DNA from: Sphyrna mokarran
Taxonomy: Eukaryota
Direction: 5' to 3'
Assembly (NCBI GenBank): GCA_024679065.1
Contig: JAGIQG010000013.1
Span: forward strand, 25,916,001-25,980,000
Length of the DNA stretch: 64,000 nucleotides
Shown: positions 51,326 to 63,322 of the stretch, piece after piece
Layout of the letters: each line of letters begins with the position of its first letter
How positions within the stretch are numbered: the first letter of the stretch is position 1
Translations under genes and position numbers: made by a program
The notes under the pieces: generated by a model
Told to the model about the DNA's origin: nothing
Databases searched by the model: none
Seen by the model: the letters and a program-made list of their open reading frames with translations, nothing else

Positions 51326-51341
51326 GGCCACTAGATGGCAG
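51326..51341 (+). promoter_or_regulatory. Candidate CTCF site
   Basis: ggCCACTAGATGGCAG fits the CTCF core consensus CCASYAGRKGGCR in non-repeat intronic DNA; motif match only. Confidence 0.45.
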
Positions 51342-51393
51342 ATGCTGCACAATAATGTATTGTCATCAAGAAGTAAACTGGATTGGCTACTTA

Positions 51394-51738
51394 TGATGTG
51401 GAGATGCTGGCATTAGACTGGGGTAAACACAGAAAGAAGTCTCACAATGCCAGGTTAAAGTCCAACCAGTTTGATAGTAAACCCTTTCGGGAATGCTGTA
51501 CCACATCTCTTTAACCTATGCTTAAGGCTATCTTCATTCACATTGTCTGCACCTTGAAGGCTTGAACAGCAGGTTAGCTGTAAAGAGTTGCATTCTAATC
51601 AGTGTTCTGTAAACTGTGTGCGCCTTTATATACCCTTCTGTGATCAGAACTTTCCATGCACTTGACGAATGATCAGCTTGTAGGCTTACTATCAAATAAA
51701 CTGGTTGGACTTTAACCTGGTGTTGTGAGATTTCTTAC
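51394..51738. mobile_element. Penelope pLTR with inverted partial copy
   Basis: 10-bp TSD tggctactta at 51384-51393 and 51739-51748; homologous to 9740-10097. Confidence 0.82.
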
Positions 51739-52152
51739 TGGCTACTTAGGGCAGGGTACTCTGCAGCCCCCAGAAGGGCTCACAAGAAGATTTCAAGGAA
51801 TCCACCAAACATGTTAATCAGATAAAAGTTACCCTCGTTTGGAAATGAGGATAGCAAATGAGCAAGGCCTGAGCAACAGCATACGTGATCTTTCCATTGA
51901 TGCCATAGCACTATACAGACTGTGACTGTCCACATCCCCACTTAGATGCGGCCCATTCTTCTGGTCTTGGCACTAAACGTGACACCATGGTTCACATTAT
52001 CTCAGCTGGGGGAGTGGTGGAGGACAGCTGCTAATTTGAGATTCCCAGCCACAGGAAACGACCTCCAAGTATACACCACTTGGTCAAGTCCATTAAGAAT
52101 TTACACGAGATCACCTTTCATTGTTCTAAATTGAAGGGAAGAGAGGCCTGAC

Positions 52153-52460
52153 AGGCATCACGATAACACAGTGATTCACACTGCTGCCGCTCATTACCAA
52201 GAACCCGGCTTCAATTCCGGGCTCGGGTCACTGTCTGTGTGGAATCTGCACATTCTCTCCATGTCAGCATGGGTCCCCTCTGGGTGCTCCGGTTTCCTTG
52301 CACTATCTGAAAGACTTGCTGACTGGGTGCATTGGCTGTGCTAAATTCTCCCTCAGTGTATCCAAACAGGCGCCAGAGTGTGGCGACTAGGGGATTTCAT
52401 AGTAAGTTCATTATAGTGTTATGGTAAGCCTATTTGTGACACTAATAAACAAACTTCAAA
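52153..52460 (+). mobile_element. V-SINE, tail A
   Basis: Head, V core and tail A. Confidence 0.78.
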
Positions 52461-54391
52461 CAAAGTTGATGGTCACCACAAAACCCAGAGGCCGGCAGGC
52501 ATTTGTACTTTGGCCCAGGTGAGTAAATCTCTGGCCAGGAGCAAGCTGGAGCAGAAGGTGAAAACATCTGTGTAACCAGTGGCCAGTCACTGGCTCAGCA
52601 TAGGATTAAAGTCCCTCACTTAAACCAGCAGTGGCGGAAAAATCATTAGGTTGATCAAAGTTAATCAAAGGCAACGACTGAATTTTGTATTTTAATGTAA
52701 GGTAGTCCATTGCAGAGATTAGTCTTGAGGTCCTGAGAAATCCAGGAATTTAACAATCCAAATCTGAAAGAGCCCATGTGTTTGAGGATAAGGTTTTAAA
52801 TGGCGGGCGAGGACATTTTAAACCAGTGGCTAACTTGTAGTCAGGGGGACTTTAAACAGTGGAAAGAGAAGATGGGGGGTGATGTGGAACAGAGCAAAGG
52901 AGAGCAGTAGACGACTATAGATAGTGAGAAAATCCCTCGGGAGATGTCTTGTGACTTGAAGATTTTTTTTGTTAAATCAGATGCTGAATATTAACCCTTT
53001 GCAAGTGGATGAATTTTGAATGTGTTAAAATTGAGTCCATTACTTCTAGTTTTCTGTAATGTGAGTCAAGATGGGAAAGAAGGAGTTTTAACCTAACCCT
53101 GCCCATCCAAATTATCAAGTATACGACTTGTTGCCCACATTTCCCCACTGTTTAGTACTCTAATATTTACAAAACATTATGTAAGCACTTAACATTTACG
53201 CTAGTGTCTGTACCTGGTATAATTTGAATTTTATTCCTCTCGGCCACTCAATGTTTTCCTTTGAACTCCGTTTTATTGTTCCCTTAAACCTGTCTGCAGA
53301 GTTTCAACATCTGTGTTTGGGTAAATGTGACTGTCAGAAACAAATACCATTAAATGTTATTAATCCACAGCTCCAAAGATTGCCATGTTATGCTGAATGT
53401 TCCTTGTGGTTGTGGTCAGCAATGAAATGGTCAAATTTTAAAGTTTTAACTTGTCATAATTACAGTGAAAATATTCTGATGAGTTTTCATTAAGCAAAGC
53501 CATTTTTCTGCCCTCCTTCCCTAACCAGTTTACAATCTGACTATTTACTGTCTCTGCTGCATCTTAACTAAAAGTGTCATTCTGTCTTGAGTAGCTGTGA
53601 TATATGTAGCTGCTTTATAAGAATTTCTTACCTTGAAATCTGAAAAAAACTGCATTTGCCCAACATAAATCTCTCACTACAAGTTTCTTTACAATTTTAG
53701 GTGCATTTCGCTTTTCAAGGTTATTAAAAGTTAATATTGTGGCTGTAGGTCAGAGTGAAGTTGTTCAGTTCAAGGGCATAATCTCCCTTTTGGGAAGCAG
53801 ACTGATTTCTTTCTATTGGGGGAGATTTTGATCTCAAAAAAGCTAATTCCCTTCTGTGCAATATCTTTTCCACTTTTAGCAACTAGATAGGCATTTTTTT
53901 TTAAGATTGCACATTCTCGGCTTAGATCTAAGCCCATTGAGATCAGAATGTGAGAAGTTGCAGACCCTTGTGGTGTCTCAATACACAGCCCTCAGACAAG
54001 TCCCCATCCTGGGAACTTAATTTTGTATTCAATTTCAGCTGGTCCGTTCTCAGCTTGGCTCAGTTGGTTCAATTTTCATCTGCAAAATGGAGTACAGCGT
54101 TTTGTCAAGATGCCATTTCTTAGCAAAGATGTTAAGTCACATTCGTTCCCATGGTTTTCTGTGGAAAATGCTGTAGCACAATTTGGTAAAGAAACACAAG
54201 ATTTCCTCCATTTTCAACCAACATGCTTCTCTCCATGAGTCAAGATGGATTGTGCAATTGTTTGATGGATTTTTTTTAATGAGGTGGAAGTGCTGGTATT
54301 GAACTGGGATGGGCCTGGTAAGAAGTTTAACCTGGTGCTGTGAGATTTCTTACTTGTTTTTAACTACCAGCTCCTGAGTCCAGCTACACAT

Positions 54392-54703
54392 GGATGGCAT
54401 GGTAGCACAGTGGTTGGCACTGATGCCTCACAACGCCAAGGACTGGGTTTGATTTCCATTTTGGGTCACTGTCTGTGTGTAATTTGCATTTCCTCCCGTA
54501 GCTGTGTGGGTTTCCTCCAGATACTCCGGTTTCTTTCCACAGTCCAAAGATGTGTGGGTTAGGTGGATTGGCCATGCTAAATTGCTCCTTAGTGTCAGGG
54601 GGATTAGCATGGCTATATGCATGGGATTAGGGCCTGGATAGGATTGTGGTCGGTGCAGACTTTACGGGTCAAATGGCCTCCTTTCGCACTATAGGGATTC
54701 TAT
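54392..54703 (+). mobile_element. V-SINE, tail B
   Basis: Head, V core, gtcggtgcagac...ggcctcc...agggattctatg. Confidence 0.8.
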
Positions 54704-55680
54704 GTAACACTTGTCAGAGTAAAAACCTTTGAAACTTCTCTGAGAGATAGCATTAAAATGGATGTCATTAATATACAAAAAAGATGTGCCTGTCGGTTCA
54801 ATGTTTCGTGCATTTGTTGCAAAGAGTTCTTATTTTTGTAGAAGTCTGTGTTGGAGGGAAGAGATGGCGTAGTGGTATTATCGCTGGACTATAAATCCAG
54901 AAACTCAGCCAATGTTCTGGGAGGATTTTCCTGGTGTATTTTTGGGATACACCCCCCAGCACAACACCAGGAGCCAGCAAGTTACTGGCCAATGAGTTTC
55001 AACCCTAACCAATGATGTTGAGGTCCAAGTGCGGGGATATAACTCTACTTTGTAATTTGTTCCATAATTGCATCCCTGATTCTGAGAATCTGCCGAAAGA
55101 TAGTTCAGTATTTGTCTTTTAACCAAATCTGTTGCATTAAGTAAATGGAGAATCGCATTTATACGTTCAAAATTGTAATTCAGTGTTGAAACCACAAGTT
55201 AGGGGAACAATTGCAGAAAAAGAAATTAAGACAGTTTAACACATATCAGAATATCAGCTATTTAGCTGCATCAGAATGATTTGTACAGTTTCTCCAATTC
55301 ACTTTCTAAATGCATCTTGGTGCATTGTTTTAAACTGTTGTGTTCATTGGTTGAGATGGCAAACAGCCAAACTTTATCGAAACCATTGTGAAATTTGAAG
55401 TTATGAAAGGAAGAGTGAGGCTTCATTGCTATGAATTTCAGCTAAGTGCTTGTGCCCTTCTGTTCTGTGACGTAATATCATCAATATGCTACACTGCGTG
55501 AAGTCTGGATCAAAACAAAATGCAGTCACATGCAAGACGGGCTCAAATCATCAATTTTCTCTCCTGGAATTCAGAAACAGCCTTGTCTGTTTTAATGAAA
55601 GTCTCTGTTCGCAGAATGAGATGAGTGTATGCAGAGTGCGTCATTTCCATTCTGTGGAAAATGAATTAACTTCTGATCCT

Positions 55681-55900
55681 TAAAGTTTATTTATTAGTCA
55701 CAAGTAGGCTTACATTAACACTGCAATGAAGTTACTGTGAAAATTCCCATGTCGTCTCACTCAGGCGCCTGTTCGGGTCAATGCACCTAAGCAGCACGCC
55801 TTTTGGACTATGGAAAGATCTGGAAGGAACCGACGCAGACATGGGGAGAACGTGCATACTCAGCATAGACAGCGACCCAAACCTGGAATCAAATCTGGGA
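55681..55900 (-). mobile_element. V-SINE, tail A
   Basis: aaagtttatttattagtcacaagtaggcttacattaacactgcaatgaag. Confidence 0.78.
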
Positions 55901-56601
55901 GGCTGAAACCAAACTGTCAGTCTCCCATTTGCTGGCCAGCCCAGAACTCTTGCAGTAATGTACACTCAAAACAGCACCATGCTCCTTCTCCTCACGACCC
56001 CTGCCCCCTCCCTCCCCCACCGCCACTGCCACTCATCACCACTAGCACCAATGGCACAATCACACAGCCCTCATCCCCATCCTGGATCACATCGATCTCC
56101 AGCCTCCCCTTCACAGGTAGAGACCCCAGGCCACCCCAATCCAATTATTGGCCTCCTTCCTGCCCCCATCCCAATGCAGAGTGGCAGCGGGACTCTCCAC
56201 TCCGACCAATCACAGTCTAGGCCCAGCTCCCAATAGGCCCAGCCCCCATATGTCCTGCCCCTCAGCACTGCCCATTAGGCAATGCCAGGATGCCCCCAGG
56301 ACATGGGAAATGTGAACCTTGAGCAGTGCTAGGAGCACAGTTTGGGGTGCACATGACCAGGGGGCACAACTCCCTGCTGCCCAACCCCTTGGGCGGGCCT
56401 CGATTGCTCCCCACCAGCGGGATTGGGCCGCTAACTCCCCGAAAATGGGGAGCTCATGATTTCACGGGTAAAACACTCTGGGCTGGGTGGGAGAGACTTC
56501 GCGGGCCTAGAGAATTTAGCCCTGGGCCTGCTAACATCAATTAAATGCTAGCCCCACTCATTTCTGGTGCAGAGCAGACCACACCAGAAATCTGACACTG
56601 A

Positions 56602-57687
56602 GGGCCCGATTTACTAATCAAAGGCTAAGGGCTAGATCCGAGCCAAGGATCCTCGTTCCAGAGCGCCCATACATTATTTGCCAGCTCCCATCCAGTCCAC
56701 GCTGTGAGGCAGGGCTTAGCGCTGTCAGAATGATTGGAGCTCTGAACCATGCATGTGCAGTTTGGAAAAAATCTGAAGAAGCGTGCCGGGGCGTGAAAGA
56801 CCACCTCCCCAAGATCAGACACAACTCCCCAACACCCTCCCCACCCCCATGCCTGATCAGACCCCCTCCAAGAGAAACCCTCCCCTGCAATCAGACTCCC
56901 CAGGTAGAGCATACCCCCAACGTACGTTGATCACTGCTCTCCCTCCACTGTCATTCTGACCTGCAGTCTTTGGAGAGCCTGCAACACTTTTTTGGCCTGC
57001 CGGAGGAGTGGGGCGGGCTCTGGTTGGGAGAGGGTGATGGAGATTCTCCCAAGTCCATCCTCCCTCTCACTCCCCATCCTCCACCACCCTCACCTCCTCC
57101 CCAACCAGAAATCCATCTGAGCCAGCCCCCCTCCTCTGGCAGACACCAGCAAAAGGCCAAGAAAGTGCTTGCTGCAGGCTGTCCAACAACTGCAGGTCAG
57201 AAAGACAGAGGAGAGAGAGCACCGATCAAGGTAGATTGGGGGGGTGTTGTGCCGAGGGGGCCTACCTCCCGGGGTGGTGGGTGGGGTGGGGTGTTGCTCA
57301 GCCGAAAGGTGTTTGCCTCCCAGGGGGGTCCGATTCAGGGGGCAGGGAGTTCTGCGGGAGTGGTTAGCAGGGGATGCAAAAGGTCTTTGTGGAGGATGGG
57401 CTTCAGAGGTTCCTTGCAGTGTAGGAATCCACGTCAGATTTTTATTCTGCAGATTGATAACAGCGCAGACCTGGAACGGATCTGAAGACAGTAAAATGGG
57501 GTTTGTTAGTAGAGTTGGGTGTGCAGTTCATGCTAGTACATTTAAATCGCTGGGTCGTCCAATTGGGGCACGGACTAGATCTGCAGCCAAATCAGGTGTC
57601 AATAAAGGCGCATCTGTTCAGATTCAGATTGCGTTACAGACCTGACGCACGAATTTTCAGGTGCAAAGTTTTGGTAAAATCAGGCCC
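56602..57687. mobile_element. PIF/Harbinger-type MITE nested in an H1-like MITE (about 55920-57740)
   Basis: TIR gggcccgatttacta / tggtaaaatcaggccc; TSD tga on both sides. Confidence 0.8.
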
Positions 57688-58145
57688 TGAGAGATGCTAG
57701 CAGGGCACCAATGCTTGCGGAACCCTTCCCCTGAGCAATTCCCTAAATCCACGCAGCCAAGATGTTAGAATTGCTGCCTTAGAGTTGTGATAGAATTTTC
57801 TTGCTTGTACAACTTCCCCATGATGGACAATATGCTCTAGATCTATGAGCACGTGCTGTAGTATCTGCTTTGTGAGTAGGTTTTCTAAACACTGTTCTTT
57901 CAGAGAAAACAAGGAGATCTTTTATTCATCCAATTGACATTCTTTCCTTGACCAACACAAAGCAATTGGTTATTTCAGCTTGCTGCAGTTTGCGATATGC
58001 AAATACTATGTGCAAAATGATTGTCACTTTTGGCCCAAAAGATTTGATAGCCTTCAAAAATAATTCTTTGTATGTGAAGCGATATTAAACTTTCCTGTGA
58101 AGAAACATCTGATAATTAAAGGCTTTGTTTCTTTTTCTCTTGCAG

Positions 58146-58306
58146 AATCTGTGGTGGATTGCTATAAGTTTGTGGATGTTAATGCTTTGGGATTAACCAT
58201 TGCAGCTCTGAGCAGTTATGATTCTAAAGTGAGAGCTGCTGCCTATCACATCCTGGGTAATTACTACACGCATCTAGAAGCTGCTCATTTTAAGGAAAAG
58301 CAGCAG
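58146..58306 (+). CDS. URB1: URB1 exon 23 (start of the Npa1 C-terminal region)
   Basis: ttgcag|AA TCT GTG...CAG CAG|gtaagt; SVVDCYKFVDVNALGLTIAALSSYDSKVRAAAYHILG. Confidence 0.93.
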
Positions 58307-58470
58307 GTAAGTGCAACGTATGGCATACAGTTTACTTCAATCTTAGACTAAGGAATGTCCTTTATAGTTTTGTAGAAGCTACCAAAATGCATCCATCCAA
58401 TCCAGTGAAGACTGTTTGAGCTTCCCATATTGTGCGTAATCCATGATGTGGGCTGACCTACTCAGAGAGA

Positions 58471-59477
58471 AACAGCGATTCTCCCATCCTGATCCGCTAA
58501 TTTTTTGATGTGTCAGGCCAGGAGAACCGCATGTGTGTCGATTCACATGTTCCAACATGTGCATATCTCCTAGCAATATATATCCGATGCAGTGGGGCCC
58601 ACACTGGAAGCCGGCGGGAACAGCAGGTAAGTATTCTTCATGTTATTTTAATGTTATTTGAATGTGATTATCGGGCTAGGGACTGAATTCTCTGGGCCCA
58701 ATAGCATCTCCCACCCCGCCAGTACGATTTCACTCCAGCGGGATTTGGCGTAACTCCTCACTTTTGGGGAACTAACGGGAGGCCCCACTGGAATGAAAGG
58801 GCGGTGGCAATCAGGGCACCCCATGGAGTCAGGCAGCAAGGGTGTGCCCCCTGGGAATGCACAAGGAGTAAAGTGCCCAAACCCAGTGGGCACGTTGGTA
58901 CTGCCCACTGGGCATGAGGCAGTGCCATGGGGGAGGGGCTGAGGGGCAATTAGTAGGGAGGCGAGTCCAGTTGCCACTCTCCACTGGGAACCTGTCAGGA
59001 CTGGAGGGAACCTAGCAGTTGCATGGGGGCAGTGGGATGGGGGAGTGAGTACTGTGGGGGGAGATCATCACTGCTATGGGTGGATGGGGGGGCAGTGGTG
59101 CTGGAAATCAGGGTGCTGCTGGATGGGGCGAGTTGGCACTGACCCGGGAATGCTTGTGGGGGCTGCGATCAGGCTGTGGAGGTTGCTGGGTGCAGGGGGC
59201 AGCACTGTGAGGGTCCTGGGCTGGCCAGCGTACCAGAGGCTGGTAGATCGGGCCCACTGTGCATCTGCAGAGTTCTGGAACAGTCAGATTCTGGCGTCAA
59301 TAGACCTTCCCCCCCCCAAATCCCTGCCCGCAGGCTTTTAATATTCATGATTGTGACCTCTGCAATACATAGTGTGTGGAAGATTCGAGTCTGAACTTCC
59401 ACTGAGAAACAGTCATGATTTACACCAGTTTTCCTGCGAATTCCGCACTTAAAACTTTTTTGGGAGAATCCCCAGCC
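58471..59477 (-). mobile_element. PIF/Harbinger-type MITE (family H1)
   Basis: gcgattctcc ... ggagaatccccagcc termini; subterminal homology with the other H1 copies. Confidence 0.75.
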
Positions 59478-59478
59478 T

Positions 59479-61103
59479 AAATGTTGACAATCACCTTGAT
59501 CTGGCAGCGACTGGTTACACAGTGCCAGTCAACACCAAGGAGAAACATGTGACTGAAGTTGTGAATCCTCTCTATTGCTTTAGGGCATACACGCTGTTAC
59601 CAATCTGCATCGCTGGCTGCAGCTTTTCTCAGTTCTCGACACATCTTGTCATCCTCATTCGTGATGCCTTGTGATGGTTTGATCTGTCATATAGAGTAAA
59701 GCAGCAGGACTCGCATGCATGCTGATGTGATCATTTTGTTCCATATTCAAGCACAATTTCCTAAATTAAACTGAGCAAATATTTTGTGTCTGTCTTCCTA
59801 TTTGAAGACACAAATTACATACCAAAAAGAGGCTAATGAGAGTGAGGAGCTTAAAGTAATTAATATCAGCAGAGAAAAGTATTGGAGAAAATTAAGGGAC
59901 TAAAAACTTCAATTCTGGTCGCCACACTACCAGAAAGATACGGAGGCTTTGGAAAGAGTACAGAAAAGATTTACGGGGACATTGCCTGGTATGGAGGACA
60001 TTAGCTATGAGGAAAGGTTAGAGGAACTTGGTTTGTTCTGACTTGATAGAAGTCTACAGGATTATGAGAGGCACGGACAGTGTGGATAATTAGAAGCTTT
60101 TTCCCAGAATGGAAGAGTCAGTTATTCGGGGGCACAGGTTTAAGATGAGAGGGACAAGGTTAAAGAAGATGTACGAGGCAGATTTTTTTTTACACAGAGT
60201 AGTGAGTGCCTAAAACTCGTTTCCGGGGGAGGTAGTGGAAGCGGATATGGTAGTGATTTTTAAGGGGCATCTTGACAAATATCTGAATAGGATGGGAATT
60301 GAGCGATATGATCCCCAGAAAGGTAGTGGGTTTTAGTTAAGTCGGGCAGCGTGGTTGGTGCAGACTTGGAGGGCTGAAGGGCCTCTTCCTGTACTGTAAT
60401 GTTCTTTGTTCTTAAAAACTGACAAATCTCTATGATCTCATAGCTTATGTCCTATTCTTCTAAAAGAGATAGCTGCAAAGATAGTAGCTGCACTGGTTAT
60501 GATTCTCCGAAATTCCCTAGAGTCTAGAATATGCCCAGTGGATTGAATGTTAGCAATTATAATATTGCTGTTAAAGAATAATGGAGGGAGAAAGTAGGGA
60601 ACTAGAAACCCGTTAGCCTGGTTCGAAACTGCATTGGACGTGGTGCCTAAACTATCTATCTATCGAGCTAGCTATCTATAATATTATCTGTTTGCAGCCT
60701 CACTGATTTTATTTCTACTTCTCCACTGAGGGAAACTAAACATTGGAAATCACCTTGATCTGGCAGTGACTGCTTACACAATGCCGCTCAGTGTCAAGGA
60801 CCAACACTTGATTGAAGTTGTGAATCCTCACTACTGCTTTAGGGCATACATGCTGTATCGTCAAATCTGTTCCCAATCTGCATCACCGGCTGCAGCTTTC
60901 ATTAGTTCTCATCACATCTTGTCATTCTCATTAGTGATACCTTGTGATGGTTTGACCTCTCATTTAGTGTGAAGTAGCAGGACTGGCATGCATGCCGATG
61001 CGATACTTCTGTTACATATTCAAGCACATTTTCTAAATTAAACTAAAATAAACTAAGCAAATATTTTGTGCCTGTCTCCACAGTAGAAAACACAAATTAA
61101 ATA
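59479..61103 (+). repeat. Diverged ~340-bp direct duplication (about 59479-59822 and 60737-61103)
   Basis: Collinear copies, e.g. aatcaccttgatctggcag, gaagttgtgaatcctc, tgctttagggcataca, ccttgtgatggtttga, atattcaagcaca. Confidence 0.9.
59770..60620 (+). mobile_element. Old CR1 ORF2 fragment carrying a nested younger CR1 3' end (59909-60412)
   Basis: The outer reading LSKYFVSVF...KLRGLK|TDKS...LLKEIAA is interrupted; 8-bp TSD taaaaact at 59901-59908 and 60413-60420. Confidence 0.85.
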
Positions 61104-61925
61104 CATATTACATGATCATCAAATGTAAATACATTAGTCTCAGTGTCTTTATAGAAGCCATTAATCTAGGTAGTAAATTGCTGAGGCCTCAACACAGATC
61201 TTTGTCGCACTTCGCTTGTTACAACTTGCCAACAATAAAATGTCCAGTTAATGCTTATTGCCTTCTTCCTGTGCACAAATCAATCCTCCTTCCATTGCTA
61301 TTATATTACCCCAAACTTTCAAGTGCTCTTGCTATTAACCTTTAGTGTGGTCCCATAGAAATCCAGGCATAGTACTCATCCTCCTTTATCTAACCCAAAA
61401 GTTACACCTTCAAAAAAACTTTATTAAAGTTGTCAAACACAACTTCCCTTTTGATAAAACCATGTTGATTACATTATGAATTTCAAAATGAATTATTATA
61501 GATTTCCTTAATAGTACATTACAGTGATTTCTTGATAACTGAATCAGAGCCTGCACTTGCTCTCTGAATGAACAATTCACTTAGTACTACTCTCCTACCT
61601 TCTCTCTGTATTTCTTTATGACTCCTGGCAATTGATCCCTTAGTTAAAACTGGTCTTCCCTGTCTACCCTATCTCAGCCCTTCATAATTTTGTAAACTTC
61701 AATTCAGCCTCTTCTGTCCTAAGGAAAACAAATGTTGCCCATCCAGACTTTCCACATAGCTGCAATTTTCAAACCTTGACAACATTCTTATAAATCTAAA
61801 CTCTGTTTCCCCTCAGATGCTGCCTAACCTGCTGAATATTTTCAGTATTTCTGTTTTCCTTTTGGATTTCCAATATCCACAAAATTTTGGTTTTCTCCTT
61901 GAAAGTGAAAATTACTATTGAGATA

Positions 61926-62744
61926 ACATAGAACATTACAGCGCAGTACAGGCCCTTCGGCCCTCGATGTTGCACCGGCCAGTGGACCCTCTAACCTAAA
62001 CTATTCCAATATCATCCATATGCCTATCCACCGACCATTTGAATGCCCCCAAAGTAGGCGAGTCTGCAACTGCTGCAGGCAGGGCATTCCACGCCCTCAC
62101 CACCCTCTGTGTAAAGAACCTGGCTCTGACATCCATCCTATAACTACCACCTCTTAATTTAAAGTTATGTCCCCTCGTGTTGGTCATCCCCATCCGAGGA
62201 AAAAGGCTCTCACTATCCACCCTATCCAGTCCTTTGATCATCTTATACACCTCAATTGGGTCACCGCGTAACTTTCTTCTCTCTAATGAAAATAACCTCA
62301 GCCTTTCCTCATAAGGCCTTCCCACCATACCAGGCAACATCCTGGTAAACCTCCTCTGCACCCTTTCCAATGCTTCCACATCTTTCTTATAATGCGGCGA
62401 CCAGAACTGTACGCAATACTCCAAGTGCGGCCGCACCAGAGTTTTGTACAGTTGTAACATAACCTCACGGCTCCTAAATTCAATCCCTCTAACAATAAAA
62501 GCTAACACACCGTACGCCTTCTTAACAACTTTATCAACCTGGGTGCCAACTTTCAAAGAGCTATGTACTTGTACCCCAAGATCCCTCTGCTCGACAACAC
62601 TATTAAGAGTCCTTCCATTAGCCCTATATTTCATATGCCTGTTATTCCTACCATATTGAATTCCATTTGCCACCTCGCGGCCCAGCTCTGCAACCTATCT
62701 ATGTCCCTTTGCAAACTGTAACATCCATCCTCGCTGTCTACAGC
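61926..62744 (-). mobile_element. CR1 LINE 3' fragment, fairly young
   Basis: 225-aa ORF2 C-terminus with small in-frame deletions; TSD tgagata at 61919-61925 and 62745-62751. Confidence 0.9.
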
Positions 62745-62767
62745 TGAGATATAACAGCATAGGAAAT

Positions 62768-62910
62768 GTAAGAAGCCTCTCAACACCAGGTTAAAATCCA
62801 ACAGGTTTATTTGAAATTACTAGTGTTCGGAGTGCTGCTCCTTCATTAGGTAAGTAGAGAGGTGTTCACAAGCATGGCATATATAGACAGCAACACAATT
62901 GCAAGATAAT
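62768..62910 (-). mobile_element. Penelope pLTR fragment with mutated hammerhead core
   Basis: On -: cctaatgaaggagcagcactccgaac...aaataaacctgttggattttaacctggtgttg. Confidence 0.7.
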
Positions 62911-63322
62911 CTTTTGTTCAAAATCAGGCGAGTCGTGGGGAGGTGGGTGGTATGGAGGATAGACATTTATTATCAAAATACCTTGCCTGTGCGGCCTCTT
63001 ATGATCACATACCTTCCCCACTTATCCTTCACAGGCACATTCTTATGAAGTAAAACCGCAACCTCTCAGCTAGTAGTCAAAATTGAGTCAAAAATCACCT
63101 GCCTCACTTCAATTTCAGGTGCTCCTTATCATGGAACTATGGAAACTACAGTGTAGGAGGAGGCCATTTGACCCATTGAGTCTACATCAACTCTGAAAAA
63201 ATCTTACCCACACCAATCTCTCTCCCCTATCCCTATGGCTCTCTTCATTTACAATCGCTAATCCATCTGATTTACACATCATTGAACACAGGGGGCAATT
63301 TAGCATTTAACCTGCACATCTA

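Larger units (their letters stand above)
1349..58306 (+). other. URB1: URB1/NPA1 gene, internal portion (23 coding exons, continues beyond both window ends)
   Basis: The spliced translation follows the vertebrate URB1 sequence as I recall it (RGGNIVLLRFL..., IYEAQPEIS..., FDFSKLLKG, YTWKELEMW, LMLWGPAAVEH, LSSYDSKVRAAAY). All junctions are GT-AG with matching phases. Confidence 0.93.

Noticed and set aside
59490-59600. Duplicated hairpin plus ACA as tandem H/ACA snoRNAs
   Set aside because: Neither copy has an ANANNA H box between the hairpins, the unit is short, and the duplication extends into CR1 sequence.
61996-62673. 225-aa ORF as a functional RT
   Set aside because: It is only the CR1 ORF2 C-terminus, lacks the catalytic core and has internal deletions.
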